Virus record (IMG/VR): IMGVR_UViG_3300035696_000013
Location: 1 to 64,000 of that record
Length of the DNA: 64,000 nt
Source of the DNA: a virus
Reading direction: 5' to 3' (one strand)
A program made the translations under genes and the position numbers. This document shows, piece after piece, positions 21,024 to 31,798 of this stretch. Each line of letters starts with the position of its first letter. The stretch's first letter is position 1. The notes under the pieces are model-generated. The model was not told where the DNA came from and ran no database searches. It saw only the letters and a list, made by a program, of their open reading frames with translations.

Positions 21024-21815
21024 ATGATTATGTTAGACGATAAGAGTTTGCTGGAACTTTGCGTTAGTGTTTCGGGAAAATTCGAAGACGACGCTGGGGC
21101 TAGTTACACTGATTTGACAGGAAACGAAGACGGAGAAGGCATAAGTGTAGGCGTACTACAATGGTGCGCTGGCCAAGGCTCTCTTCAGACTCTCTTGAAG
21201 GCAATTGCAGCCCAAATGGGCTGGCCTAAAGCACAGTCATTTTTCAAGAGTGACATACAACAGTTGGCCAATTCTTCTACTACAGATGCTGTTCAATTCT
21301 GTAAAGACCATTATCTGATTGCAGGAAGCACTAAGATCGATCCTGGAGCCGCTGCTAAATGGGTTTCTTTTTTGAGTCAGCCGGAGTCTATCTCTGCCCA
21401 AGTAGCTCTTGCAGCTAACACGGTGCTTGCTCATGCAAAGCGAGAGGTAACAGCATTCACTCCTGATTATACCGATCGTGTTCGACCTTATGCTTTCTTC
21501 TTTGATGTGTGTACACAGGAAGGTGGCATGGCAGTTGGACAGACAGTAGTTCCAGCCGTGCCTTCTGGTCAGGTACCCGATGTTTCTAGCATCGTAGCCT
21601 ACGCCAGCACACAGAACGCTGCTTGTAGTGCTATTTGGGCTTCAAAACTACCAGGAGATTCGCTTGCTAGTCTCTTGTTACACTACGCCTATGCTCGTGC
21701 ATCGATGGCGCGACCTGAGTATCTGTGGGATGCTTGTTCACGACGTGGAACAATTGCCTGTCGCGGAGGAGTGGTTCACGGCTCTACGATTGACTTGACG
21801 GCACTTCTGGATTAG
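21024..21815 (+). CDS. Lysozyme-like peptidoglycan hydrolase (probable endolysin)
   Basis: 'GKFE...TGNEDGEGISVGVLQWCAGQGSLQTLL' matches the E...DG.G.S.G.LQW..G.G.L signature of lysozyme-like hydrolases; TAAGGAG SD upstream. Confidence 0.6.
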   Translation: MIMLDDKSLLELCVSVSGKFEDDAGASYTDLTGNEDGEGISVGVLQWCAGQGSLQTLLKAIAAQMGWPKAQSFFKSDIQQLANSSTTDAVQFCKDHYLIAGSTKIDPGAAAKWVSFLSQPESISAQVALAANTVLAHAKREVTAFTPDYTDRVRPYAFFFDVCTQEGGMAVGQTVVPAVPSGQVPDVSSIVAYASTQNAACSAIWASKLPGDSLASLLLHYAYARASMARPEYLWDACSRRGTIACRGGVVHGSTIDLTALLD

Positions 21816-21856
21816 GGTTGGGAGAAATTTCCTCTGCTGTTTTGTACGGCATTCGA

Positions 21857-22081
21857 CTATAATGGCGCAGCCACATTAGGATTAGGAGGAGTTTCTTCCG
21901 TTGTCTTATCTGTTGAAGGATCATCCGGATCCTTCAATTCCACATTTTTAGCCTTCAGTAAATCTCGATAAAGTGTGGCAGCAGGAGCTAATTCTTCTAG
22001 CGGAAGACCATTTGCCGCATACTCCTTCAAAGCGAACATCAAGTAATCGTACACATTGTCTTGCAGAATAATGACTTTCAT
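21857..22081 (-). CDS. Hypothetical protein
   Basis: 74 aa with an AGTATT motif 8 nt before the ATG. Confidence 0.55.
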   Translation of the reverse strand: MKVIILQDNVYDYLMFALKEYAANGLPLEELAPAATLYRDLLKAKNVELKDPDDPSTDKTTEETPPNPNVAAPL

Positions 22082-22099
22082 GTAGAAGTAATACTGGGA

Positions 22100-22726
22100 T
22101 TAGTGGGAGAACGGGGCATCAGGATGATTGATGTTAACGGCCACAAAATCCTTATGACGTCCGAAGATACGAGCCTGGTGTGCTGAACGAAAGAAGATGT
22201 CTACCACAACTTTCCCGGCAACAACTGGATTGGTTTGCGAAGTACGATCTACGAACCGGGCATAGATCATCTTCTTGGTTCTCTTGCTAATCAACAAAAT
22301 TCTATCGTTCAATTTCACATGCAATTTCTTTTCTGCAAGTGGTGACAAAGCTACATTTAGAACTGTGTCAGTAGGAAGTTCATGAGTAGGAACTGCGTAA
22401 GCAGCCTTAGCATGTTGAGTGTTGGCAAAAAGTGGATCAGTGCCAAAATCGGGTGTCAATGCATAAGCAGTTGCTTCGATACGAACATTATGTTTCTTTA
22501 TGTAACTTGCACGTTGTTCTGCATTCAATTGTAGCTGTTGAATATGGATCAAAGTAGCTTGTTCTTCTACATGACGAGCCAGCACAATGTTCTGTTGATG
22601 AACGTAGCAAAAGCTGACAATCAACATTGCAGCAACAATTGTCAACGCCGATATTGTTCGTTGTAGTATCATGTGTCTACTCCTAATATACGGTTGGATT
22701 TTGTATTTCGGGTACTGCGTAAACAT
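22100..22726 (-). CDS. Membrane-anchored 3D-domain-like cell-wall protein
   Basis: N-terminal transmembrane segment and coiled coil, then the 'IEATAY...VALS...RFVDRT...VVDIFF' 3D/MltA-like pattern. Confidence 0.55.
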   Translation of the reverse strand: MFTQYPKYKIQPYIRSRHMILQRTISALTIVAAMLIVSFCYVHQQNIVLARHVEEQATLIHIQQLQLNAEQRASYIKKHNVRIEATAYALTPDFGTDPLFANTQHAKAAYAVPTHELPTDTVLNVALSPLAEKKLHVKLNDRILLISKRTKKMIYARFVDRTSQTNPVVAGKVVVDIFFRSAHQARIFGRHKDFVAVNINHPDAPFSH

Positions 22727-22747
22727 CTGATTCTATTAGAGTTATGA

Positions 22748-25663
22748 CTAGAAAAGACTGATATAACGTGTTGGAATGTGTGGTTCGTATATGAAAGTAT
22801 CCACAGCCGATGCGCGACCAACGCACACAATCCAAGCCAAAGTTCCGTAAGTTCCTGCCACTAAACCATCGAAATCTTGTGTTAAAGTTCCATCAGGTTT
22901 TACATACAACAGGCCACCTACTATAAGAGGGGGAGATATTACAACTTGGAATTCTCCTCCGTAAGTTGTGGCCACATTCACTGTACTTCCCGTAACACCA
23001 GCAGAAGTCGAGATGCCATCAGGATATGGAGCTATGACCGCACCATTGCCTATATCGGTTATAACATTCACTACATCTATGGGAGAAACTCCTCCATCGC
23101 TTTCAACTTTTATAGCCGAGAAAACTGGAAAATCACTATCAGCAGTAAAAGTCTTAGTGTTAGACGAATTGCCACTCACTGGGGGAGGAGGAGAGGCAGT
23201 GGAAGCAGTTTGAATCATGCTAAAGAAACTTCCTGGTAGCACATTTTGCGCCAGGGACAAATTGTGCGATGCTATAACTTGAATGACATCACCTTGGCTG
23301 AATTGTCCAGTAGTCGCAAACTGCTCAATTACTGGTCCTGTCACAGCATCTGTTTCAATGGAGAAAATCGGAGTGCCATTCTGTATGACAGTTACAACTC
23401 GAACACCTATTCCGCCTGTGTCCCAATTCAACTGTCCTGCTAACGCATACTGACCTCCAGCTTGCAGTGTAAATGTAGTGGGATTGGTGACGTTGTTCGT
23501 AAAATCAAAATCGTTTATTCCTGTTTTAGAATCAAATCCAACAGCGATACCTGCAGGACCTACAGGTACACTAGTGGTTAAAGCGACCGCTGTAACATGG
23601 AAACCTATCTCACCCAAACTTTGTAACAAAGCTTGTGCTTGTTGGATTTGCGATTGAACCTCTGCCAATGCTTGTTGTTGAAATTTCTGAATCCCAGCAT
23701 AACTTAGATTGGTACGCAACATAGCAAGTTGAATTGGAATAGGCTGTCCTTGTATATCAGGACGACTCAGGAATGCTACCGGGTCCAAATCTAAGCCACT
23801 CCAGCCGTTACTGTTACTGTCGGGAACTGAGTTGTTGCTGTAGGTAACAATAGGAGCTACGGGTAGATTCAACAAAGGTGTCCCGGCTACCCAAGCACGA
23901 TTACGAGTTTGGCAATCGGACAAAAGTTGATTGTAATCTGTACTATCGGCTAATGGATTGATGGCCGAATTCAATGTTTCTGCATAGCTTACAGCACGTT
24001 GAACTATGTAAGGATCCTGAGCAAGCAATACGATCAAATTGTTATTGAACTCTCGCCAAAATTGCGAATAACGATCTACCAATTGCGCTTGAGCAAATTG
24101 ATCATAGACGAATCGATACTGCGGATGCGGAGATTGATAGCCTGGAGTATTAGCAATATTCTCTGTTGCTAGAGTAATCACTTCGTTCATAATTGTAGCA
24201 ATTGACGTTGGGTATGAACAAGGCACAGGATATTGAGCCGTACCTGCTCCTAAAGTTACACTAGCAAGCGTTACGCTGATTGGCGTAACACTATAGTCAA
24301 GATCGGAACCTGTAAAAGAAGACAGATACAAAGGATCTGCTCCATTATCCCAATCTTGAGTTCGGGTATAGCCCAATAACGAAGCTTCGACATAAGAAAG
24401 TTTCCACAGTAAATTCTCTAGCAGAGCAGCGGGAAGATTTTTAGCTAAATCTACGAAAGGAATATCAGTTGGGGTATCCACTACAGTCCCTGAATAATTG
24501 TTGTAAGGAACTGCTGTCAGTGTTAGGGAATTGATTGAAGGTTGAATTGCATCTGTGTATATTTGTTGAAAATTGGGCAACCAATTTCCCGTGCGACCTG
24601 CGCCTGTTCTGTTTAGATTCAAGTAGAAAAGCCAAGCTGAAGTCACATAAGGATCGTAATTTGAAGCTACTACTTGCTTCAAAGTTATGAAATGAATCAG
24701 AGCTTTGCGTTCGTTAGCTTGACGAGTAACTAGATCAGGATTGTTATAATCAGGATCCGTTGGTTCTATAACCAAATTACGAGTAGCCGGAATCAGCGTC
24801 AAAATATTGTCTTGATATGTTTGCGCAGGAAGTTGATAATTGCTGATGATAGTTGATGGATCCGGTAAACTACCAAGCATAGATGAATTAGGATTGAATG
24901 CCGGACCATAAACCGGGACCGATGTGTTACTGAGATTCTGACCTGTATTCGGCAGAACACCACCTAGAGGTGGAACAAAAAACGGCGTACCGTAAGTCAA
25001 TCCGCTGTACGTGTTAACCGTAGAAGGATAGTTACGGAATATGTTGATATTTGGCACATGGACTATACACTGATTGAATGCAAAATTGAAATCAAATCCC
25101 ACGTGAGGCTGGAAGGCCGAAAGTGGGAAAAAATTAAAGCCATTCCAATTCCAAATAGTATCGCTAAAGAAATTCGGGATGGCAGGTAAATCAGGTAGTC
25201 CCCAATTACAAACTTGATTTAACAGATTTGCAATGGCATTCAAATTCTGTTGAACCATGCCAAGCATATTTTGTTCGATAGAAGAAAGCACTCCAATATT
25301 GTGAGTAACTGCAGAAATCAATCCAGTGATCTCCTGTTGAAAACTACTAACTGCCTGTAAGATACGAATGGAGTCAGCAATGTATTTGAAAGCACGAGGT
25401 CTGTGTTTCAATTGACCATCAACAGCAAGGCTGTTCATGTTCGTGTACATTGAGATCTTTTCTATCAAATCTTGTTTCTTTTCTTGCAACCAAAAATTAG
25501 CATCAGCAATAGAGCACTCAAGAAAGCGACCTTGCTCCATTGATTTATGATAGAAATGTTCAATAGCTGGATCACTGAGAGGATTCAGACGTGTTACTGC
25601 TCCCTTAGCCTTAATGGGCCAAAGTTCAGCATTCTGGAGATCAGTTGTGAGCGTATCGGTCAT
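22748..25663 (-). CDS. Virion structural protein
   Basis: 971 aa in the baseplate operon with C-terminal beta-sandwich-like regions. Confidence 0.6.
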   Translation of the reverse strand: MTDTLTTDLQNAELWPIKAKGAVTRLNPLSDPAIEHFYHKSMEQGRFLECSIADANFWLQEKKQDLIEKISMYTNMNSLAVDGQLKHRPRAFKYIADSIRILQAVSSFQQEITGLISAVTHNIGVLSSIEQNMLGMVQQNLNAIANLLNQVCNWGLPDLPAIPNFFSDTIWNWNGFNFFPLSAFQPHVGFDFNFAFNQCIVHVPNINIFRNYPSTVNTYSGLTYGTPFFVPPLGGVLPNTGQNLSNTSVPVYGPAFNPNSSMLGSLPDPSTIISNYQLPAQTYQDNILTLIPATRNLVIEPTDPDYNNPDLVTRQANERKALIHFITLKQVVASNYDPYVTSAWLFYLNLNRTGAGRTGNWLPNFQQIYTDAIQPSINSLTLTAVPYNNYSGTVVDTPTDIPFVDLAKNLPAALLENLLWKLSYVEASLLGYTRTQDWDNGADPLYLSSFTGSDLDYSVTPISVTLASVTLGAGTAQYPVPCSYPTSIATIMNEVITLATENIANTPGYQSPHPQYRFVYDQFAQAQLVDRYSQFWREFNNNLIVLLAQDPYIVQRAVSYAETLNSAINPLADSTDYNQLLSDCQTRNRAWVAGTPLLNLPVAPIVTYSNNSVPDSNSNGWSGLDLDPVAFLSRPDIQGQPIPIQLAMLRTNLSYAGIQKFQQQALAEVQSQIQQAQALLQSLGEIGFHVTAVALTTSVPVGPAGIAVGFDSKTGINDFDFTNNVTNPTTFTLQAGGQYALAGQLNWDTGGIGVRVVTVIQNGTPIFSIETDAVTGPVIEQFATTGQFSQGDVIQVIASHNLSLAQNVLPGSFFSMIQTASTASPPPPVSGNSSNTKTFTADSDFPVFSAIKVESDGGVSPIDVVNVITDIGNGAVIAPYPDGISTSAGVTGSTVNVATTYGGEFQVVISPPLIVGGLLYVKPDGTLTQDFDGLVAGTYGTLAWIVCVGRASAVDTFIYEPHIPTRYISLF

Positions 25664-28011
25664 TAGCTATTCTCATCCGATTGGTAGAGACCTTGGTTGT
25701 GAACAATATCGGGAGCTTCAGTTGTGTGTCTAACTAATGAAGCCTCTATAGACTTTTGATCTGTAAAGATTCGATCCGTCTTGGTAACATGACGCCACGT
25801 GGTGCATTCAGTAATCCAATCACCCGTTGTCTGCCAGTGCAAGTTACCCTTGTGGACAACATCTATATCGCCAACAAGTTCAATCTGTAGAGCTTTGCCT
25901 ATCTTATTGGGTTGGATGGTGATAACTGCTCCGCCATCTAACGATGCAGTTATTGAACGACCTTGTTTATCGGCACCAAGAGTTGCAACTAAACCTCCAT
26001 CTGTATCGATCAAAATGGATTGGCCCGACGTAGGATTGCCTCCTACACGGACCAACATATCTCGCACCGTATGCAATTCCAACGACAAACCATGCTGATC
26101 CATAGCAGAGTTAGTCTGATTAGAATCACCCGGAACTGGAGTACCCAAAGCATCCCAAGCCGCTGTATTGAATGGAGGGAAATTTAGCTGAGGATGTCCA
26201 GCTTGTGTTAAGTCGTGGAAAGAATAATTCGATTCTCCAGCTGGATAAAAAGGACGACCCGGCGATTTTGAATCAATCCGATTCTGAGAGTAAAGTTGCT
26301 TGCCTTGTCCATCTCGATAACCATTGATCAAATGACGACGAAGTGCTCCCGGAGTACGAGCGCCAAAGCGAGCAATAACCGCTCCGTCAGCAGACATACG
26401 GAGAGAAACATTTTCTGCTCCCGTTTTCAAAACCGAGCTAGTAGGATCTCCATAGTTACCCGAGTCCTGATTAGGCTTCAGTTTTGGAGATGTCCAATAT
26501 TGTAGGGTCCGATTACCAAGAGCATCTTTCTGTCCACGAATTTGAGTTTGCAGTGTGCGACGCTCATTAGGAAGCGAAGCATCGTCTGCTCCTAGACGCA
26601 AAACTGATTGACCTAGAGCCTGAAGATCTATAGCATCTTCTTCATCACGATTTTTACCAACAACCAATTTCAAGGAGCCAACAAGATGTCCTTCCATGCT
26701 GCGACCTGCACCATGAGGATGTTCATATCCACCTTGAAGAGGTATGTTCTCTTTTGGTAAAGTAGCTCCAATTTCAAAATAGAGAGAACCTTCTTTTGTT
26801 ATGTCCCAACGAACAGAGTTGTATTCTTGTGGGAATCGAATCGCTTGAGCCGAGGCTGCCAAACGTGCTTCAGCATGATCGACTGAATCAACAACAGGAA
26901 GGTAGCCCGACTCTACATCTGCTCCAAACCGACCTTCAGTAGTGTAAGGAAATAGAATTGGCTTTAGAACTTGACCATAAGTGAGTTTGTCAAATCTATT
27001 GTAACCAACCAGGGTACCTTCACTCTTTTCTAGAATAAATCCACGACGACGCGGGGTGGGTCCTTCTTTTGTAGTGGGACCTACGGTTTGTGCTCCTCGT
27101 GTATATGGATGGTCCCAATCTTGATTGATAGCATAGGATTCATCATCGTAGGATACATTATTTCCAGTAGTTACGATCTGAGTTCGCTGCCAAGGATCCT
27201 GTGTAGTTCCCAGCACGAAATCAAATAAATCAGTTTCAAGAATTTCTTGTGGGAGAGTATAATCTAAAGCATATTCTTGAATGCGTTGTGTATTTTCAGA
27301 GAACGGAATAACATCTTGCTTTCCATTAACATAACGATCTTGCTCGCTAGCTCCTGGTTCTAAGAATAGGACATATTGTTGCGTGCCATCGGGCAGAGTG
27401 CTAGGCACAATATTCTGCGCATTAGGACGATTTACAGAGCCACGGAAACTGATACCCGCGTCTGAATATTCTACTCGACGACCACTGATTTCTGTCCAAG
27501 TACGACGATCTGAATCCAGATGGTCTCGGCTTAAATCTTTTCCACTGTAGTCCCAATCTGAATCGATCTTTTCAGTATATCCTGTTGTAGTCGCAACTGT
27601 CTTTTGACCAGGATAAGCCTTCCGATAAGAACCACGACGACGATTGCTATAACCTTCTACTCCTTCAACTGGACGAACTGCGATAGCATCTTCGGCTCGA
27701 CTAGCATCGGCAAATTGCCAAGATACGATAGCAATCTGCGTATAGCCGCCGCGCCACCAGACAGGAATAGCAACACAAGTGCTTCCTGCTTCGGGCATGT
27801 TAACATCAGAACTTTCAAAGGCAGAAGCATTAGCTGGAAAGATATTTACTTCAGTGTAGGGATTTCCTGTGCGAAGATCTTCAAGTGTACAGACTTTGCG
27901 TTCCCAATCGACAGTAAGGACACGAGCAGGAAATGCTTGATATTGCAAATCTCCGCGTTCCCAATCACTTGGTCCTCGCGCATACAATCTCGAATTATCT
28001 TTGATAGTCAT
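25663..28011 (-). CDS. Baseplate central spike (gpV/gp5-like)
   Basis: N-terminal OB-fold-like 'ARVLTVDWERKVCTL...MPEAGSTCV' and C-terminal beta-strand repeats; follows the hub gene. Confidence 0.55.
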   Translation of the reverse strand: MTIKDNSRLYARGPSDWERGDLQYQAFPARVLTVDWERKVCTLEDLRTGNPYTEVNIFPANASAFESSDVNMPEAGSTCVAIPVWWRGGYTQIAIVSWQFADASRAEDAIAVRPVEGVEGYSNRRRGSYRKAYPGQKTVATTTGYTEKIDSDWDYSGKDLSRDHLDSDRRTWTEISGRRVEYSDAGISFRGSVNRPNAQNIVPSTLPDGTQQYVLFLEPGASEQDRYVNGKQDVIPFSENTQRIQEYALDYTLPQEILETDLFDFVLGTTQDPWQRTQIVTTGNNVSYDDESYAINQDWDHPYTRGAQTVGPTTKEGPTPRRRGFILEKSEGTLVGYNRFDKLTYGQVLKPILFPYTTEGRFGADVESGYLPVVDSVDHAEARLAASAQAIRFPQEYNSVRWDITKEGSLYFEIGATLPKENIPLQGGYEHPHGAGRSMEGHLVGSLKLVVGKNRDEEDAIDLQALGQSVLRLGADDASLPNERRTLQTQIRGQKDALGNRTLQYWTSPKLKPNQDSGNYGDPTSSVLKTGAENVSLRMSADGAVIARFGARTPGALRRHLINGYRDGQGKQLYSQNRIDSKSPGRPFYPAGESNYSFHDLTQAGHPQLNFPPFNTAAWDALGTPVPGDSNQTNSAMDQHGLSLELHTVRDMLVRVGGNPTSGQSILIDTDGGLVATLGADKQGRSITASLDGGAVITIQPNKIGKALQIELVGDIDVVHKGNLHWQTTGDWITECTTWRHVTKTDRIFTDQKSIEASLVRHTTEAPDIVHNQGLYQSDENS

Positions 28012-30719
28012 TAGGGTTGCTTAACTGCAGGTGTTACTCCTATTGCTCGAATATTTGGATCTAATGCTATGTCTAATTCAGATTGTGTAGCTGGAGTTGG
28101 AGATGGAGTTCCGCTGAGGAATAGATCCACCTTCTGCTGCAATTCATCTTCAATTTGATTTGTTAAAGCCACATCGGACGTTGGAAGATTTTCTGGCTGA
28201 TCTAAGCTAAGAATTTGATTCTCAGTACCCGGCGCATTTGCTGTGGCCGAAGCTAATTCAAATGAATCGCTATTCTCAACCTGCGACTGCAAGGTAGATA
28301 ATGCATTCTGTAAAGCACTACCCGGCTCCAATGACGTTTGTGGTGTTCCTTCTCCCGTAAACAAGAATGTGTTTATTCCTGTTAATACCTGTAGATCCTG
28401 AGGATTGACATACTCCACAAGATTTCCAAGACGAGTTTCATAGTAAGCTTCTGTTAAAGTTTTCCAACGACCCCAAGGGAATGGAGTTATGACTTCATAT
28501 CCTTTCTCGTCAGTATAAGGCTGTTCCCAAAGAATGCGCTGGAAGTAATTAGAATCAATTCCGCTAGTTGTCTGTTGCACCATTTGTCCTGTAACAGGAT
28601 CTTTAGTTGGTGGTAGCGGATTGCCTTTAGAATCAAGAGCCGTTCGAGGAGTAATCCATCGTTCGCGAGAAAAGAAAGGTTGACCAGGATTTATATCCGA
28701 GTCCTTATCATTTTGCACACGAAAACTCTTTGAAGTTGTGTCCGCTTTAGTTCCCCAGGAAGTACCCAATTGTTCTCGGCGATAGTGCATAATCTGTATC
28801 TGCTCTGGATAAACAGGTTGTGTTGGCAATTGTTGCAGCGTTGCCGGATTGTTTACCAGATTGACTGCAGGATCATCCGAAGCTACATCACCCGTTCCGG
28901 CTGTGCCCTGCTTGGTAGAATTGGTGCTGCCCACTGGAACAGATGGCAAATTGGGTCCTGTAGCCACTCCTGGAAGACTAGGTCCGGTGGTTCCTACAGT
29001 CTTCTGCTGTGGGGTGGTCCACTTCATAACCAAATTTGGTTGCGTAGTGTAGATAGTGACTTCTTGAGGCTGTCCTGATGTTTGATCCGTTGTGTTATTC
29101 AACACATGAGTAGAAGGAAACATGGGACGTTTCCGCAATGTATCCAATAAGATGCTTGTACTGGCTTCACCGCCTTGCTGATAAGCAATGCTTACAGAAC
29201 GAATGTAGCCGTACATATCTCGATGAGGAAAATACATTGGAAAACCTAAGTGTAATTCAGGCCGAAGCGGAATTGTGATCTGATAAGTCCTGAATCCACG
29301 ATTAGCGCGATTCAATTCTGAAACAGCGTAAGTATAGGCAGCAAATTTATCCCCGCTAACCAACCAAGGCAGTGTACGAGCAGGTTCTTCGCGAAGTCCA
29401 AATTTAGCCAACTTGGGGATATCAATGTGCCAAACGGCTTCTCGCAATGAGCTTGTGCCATCGCCCAAGTGAAAGGTTTTAGACCAATCAGGTTGAATAG
29501 TTACACGAGTTGCTCGAATACCCTGCTCATCTTCGGTTTCACTCTCGGATATAATTTCAGCCAAATGCACTATGAAAGGATTGTTGTTTTGCGTAAAACG
29601 TTGGTTAGTACTTGTTTGCTTCGGCGCATTCGGAGACGATTGCGTCACAGGAATTGGCGTGGTGTCGGTGCAATCTAAATTGTACAACGGAGGCTTTACA
29701 ACAATTTCACCATTGATGTCTTGGAACCCTTCCATACCAATAGCCAAAATAATCTGACGGATGCGCTCCAGACGAGAAGTAATGTTTCCGTTCAATAATT
29801 GAATGGTTCCGATTTGAAAATCTGGAAGATAGCCTTTCAGGATGTTAACATACAAATCATGAGCCGGGTCACTCTCGAGAAGTTTACCTACTGTGTCATC
29901 TGAAATCTGAAAATACTCGGGACCCACTTTTCCTTTTTTAGAATTCGGGGTACTGATGCTATCTATATCCATGGGTAAAACAGAGCCAAAAGTGTAACCA
30001 AAAATATGGACATCTTTGCGTATTCCTAACAAGATAGTCTTCCACTTGCTGACATATCCGGCTTCTACCGCTTGTTGCTCATCACTACCCTGAACTCTTT
30101 GCTGTAGAATTGAATTAAGTTGGAAACCTTCAAATGAGATTCCTCGTAGGAATGTGTCGGCTAGTTGCTGATACGGATTCAAGTTAGCCTGGTTATTCTT
30201 TAAGACTTGAGCAGAACGATCGGCGTTTGTCAATAAAGCAGGATTCAATTCGATTTGCATCAATTCGAAAAAGCGTAATACACCCTGTCCTTGAATAGTA
30301 ATTTCTACGGATTTACCTGTATCTGTATGAACTAGATGAGATACAACTCCTTTGAATACACGGGTATACACTGTATTGCCATCAGCTGCAGGAAAATAAT
30401 TCTTAGCAAAAACTTGTAACTCCATCATGGTTTCAATAAGATTATTTCCACCCGGAGCCTGGAATAGATACTTTGCATAATTGGGGACCGATAGCACAAC
30501 ACTACAAGAAGGTTTCAAATTGTCTACATCATAAGTTGCACTGAAATTTTGAACATAATCATTGAAGTTAACCAATGTGTAATCTTGACCATTTTGACTT
30601 TGCAGATAAGGATTCAACAAGTAAGGTAGACCATCAAGATACACAACAATATCAGGAGCAGTCTTAACTATTTCTCTTTCCTGTGCTGTCTGCCGAATAT
30701 TGCGAATCATATTTGCCAT
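28011..30719 (-). CDS. Baseplate hub (gp27/gpD-like)
   Basis: 'VFKGVVSHL', 'KFGLR', 'YQITIPLRPELHLGFPMY...GYIRSVSIAY' hub-like motifs, positioned between the tube initiators and the spike. Confidence 0.6.
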   Translation of the reverse strand: MANMIRNIRQTAQEREIVKTAPDIVVYLDGLPYLLNPYLQSQNGQDYTLVNFNDYVQNFSATYDVDNLKPSCSVVLSVPNYAKYLFQAPGGNNLIETMMELQVFAKNYFPAADGNTVYTRVFKGVVSHLVHTDTGKSVEITIQGQGVLRFFELMQIELNPALLTNADRSAQVLKNNQANLNPYQQLADTFLRGISFEGFQLNSILQQRVQGSDEQQAVEAGYVSKWKTILLGIRKDVHIFGYTFGSVLPMDIDSISTPNSKKGKVGPEYFQISDDTVGKLLESDPAHDLYVNILKGYLPDFQIGTIQLLNGNITSRLERIRQIILAIGMEGFQDINGEIVVKPPLYNLDCTDTTPIPVTQSSPNAPKQTSTNQRFTQNNNPFIVHLAEIISESETEDEQGIRATRVTIQPDWSKTFHLGDGTSSLREAVWHIDIPKLAKFGLREEPARTLPWLVSGDKFAAYTYAVSELNRANRGFRTYQITIPLRPELHLGFPMYFPHRDMYGYIRSVSIAYQQGGEASTSILLDTLRKRPMFPSTHVLNNTTDQTSGQPQEVTIYTTQPNLVMKWTTPQQKTVGTTGPSLPGVATGPNLPSVPVGSTNSTKQGTAGTGDVASDDPAVNLVNNPATLQQLPTQPVYPEQIQIMHYRREQLGTSWGTKADTTSKSFRVQNDKDSDINPGQPFFSRERWITPRTALDSKGNPLPPTKDPVTGQMVQQTTSGIDSNYFQRILWEQPYTDEKGYEVITPFPWGRWKTLTEAYYETRLGNLVEYVNPQDLQVLTGINTFLFTGEGTPQTSLEPGSALQNALSTLQSQVENSDSFELASATANAPGTENQILSLDQPENLPTSDVALTNQIEDELQQKVDLFLSGTPSPTPATQSELDIALDPNIRAIGVTPAVKQP

Positions 30720-31795
30720 TAGTTAAATTGCCCCGGATTGGTCAAGAAAGCTGTACCTGCATTATATCCTAAATCATGTGCTGTAGGATCAAAGAATGTT
30801 GTTGTTGAATCATTTTGTTGAGCCGCTTGCTCAGCAGGTGATGGCGCAGACGTAAGAGAAGTCAGATTTGAACTAATTGGCAGATTCTGTACCATAGTGG
30901 TCTGATTGGAAATCTGAGTCAATTGTGTTGATCCTGCGTAAGCGTCATAAGAATGACCCCGCTGAATGTTGTTATGAATGTTGTCCCAATAGGGAGAACC
31001 GCTACGAAATCGTTCTTTCCATGCTATAAATGTGATATTGAAATCGTACAAAAATGGTTTCTCTGCATCCTTTGTGAAATTCATGCTATCAAACATTCCA
31101 CTCCAAATGAAATTGCCGACTATAAGTTGCACATCCTGATGCTTTTGAATACGACGACGGGCAAAGTCAGCAACTAGTGGTCCTTGTCCTGATTGTTCTC
31201 CTTCGAACCAATAGCCGTTGTTTTCAAATACCATAAGCAATTGCTGCAAATTACGATAAGATTCTGTAAACAGATGAAATTGATCAGTCAATCCGTAAGC
31301 AAAGTACTGCCCTGCTGTTTGTCCTTGAAGAGAAATTTGAAGAACGTCTTCTCCCCAAACGCCAAACTGCCATCCAGCACGAGTAAGTGCTTGTTGATCA
31401 ACTGTCTGACGGTTAACCGACACTGTGGTAGGATTAATCAAAAAGCGATATGTTGCTGCATAAGAAGGATCACGAACACCTTGAGTATTTACACCACGAT
31501 GTGGAATTACAACCGAAATAAAATCGACAAAAGGCGTCAATGCAGCAGAAATCACAAAGCTACTGTAATCAATCTGAGTGGTGCGCTTACTAGGATCTCC
31601 TCCTCCAGCCGCAATTCCTGAATCTATTTGATCCTGGGTAGATTCAATAGTAACGAAACTCGGGATGATTCGCTTCTCACCTCGAATGGGGAGTTGAACT
31701 GGAGACACTTCGGAGTAAGCAGGTGTGGTTAACCCAATATCAGAGAGATCGTTCTGATCGTCAGTACCCGGATTAGTTAGATATCCTTGTCCCAT
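30719..31795 (-). CDS. Tail tube initiator/baseplate protein
   Basis: 'FLINPTTVSV...WGEDVLQISLQGQT...WSGMFDSMNFTKDAEKPFLYDFNITF' tube-like fold, resembling the C-terminal half of the upstream gene. Confidence 0.55.
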   Translation of the reverse strand: MGQGYLTNPGTDDQNDLSDIGLTTPAYSEVSPVQLPIRGEKRIIPSFVTIESTQDQIDSGIAAGGGDPSKRTTQIDYSSFVISAALTPFVDFISVVIPHRGVNTQGVRDPSYAATYRFLINPTTVSVNRQTVDQQALTRAGWQFGVWGEDVLQISLQGQTAGQYFAYGLTDQFHLFTESYRNLQQLLMVFENNGYWFEGEQSGQGPLVADFARRRIQKHQDVQLIVGNFIWSGMFDSMNFTKDAEKPFLYDFNITFIAWKERFRSGSPYWDNIHNNIQRGHSYDAYAGSTQLTQISNQTTMVQNLPISSNLTSLTSAPSPAEQAAQQNDSTTTFFDPTAHDLGYNAGTAFLTNPGQFN

Positions 31796-31798
31796 AAG

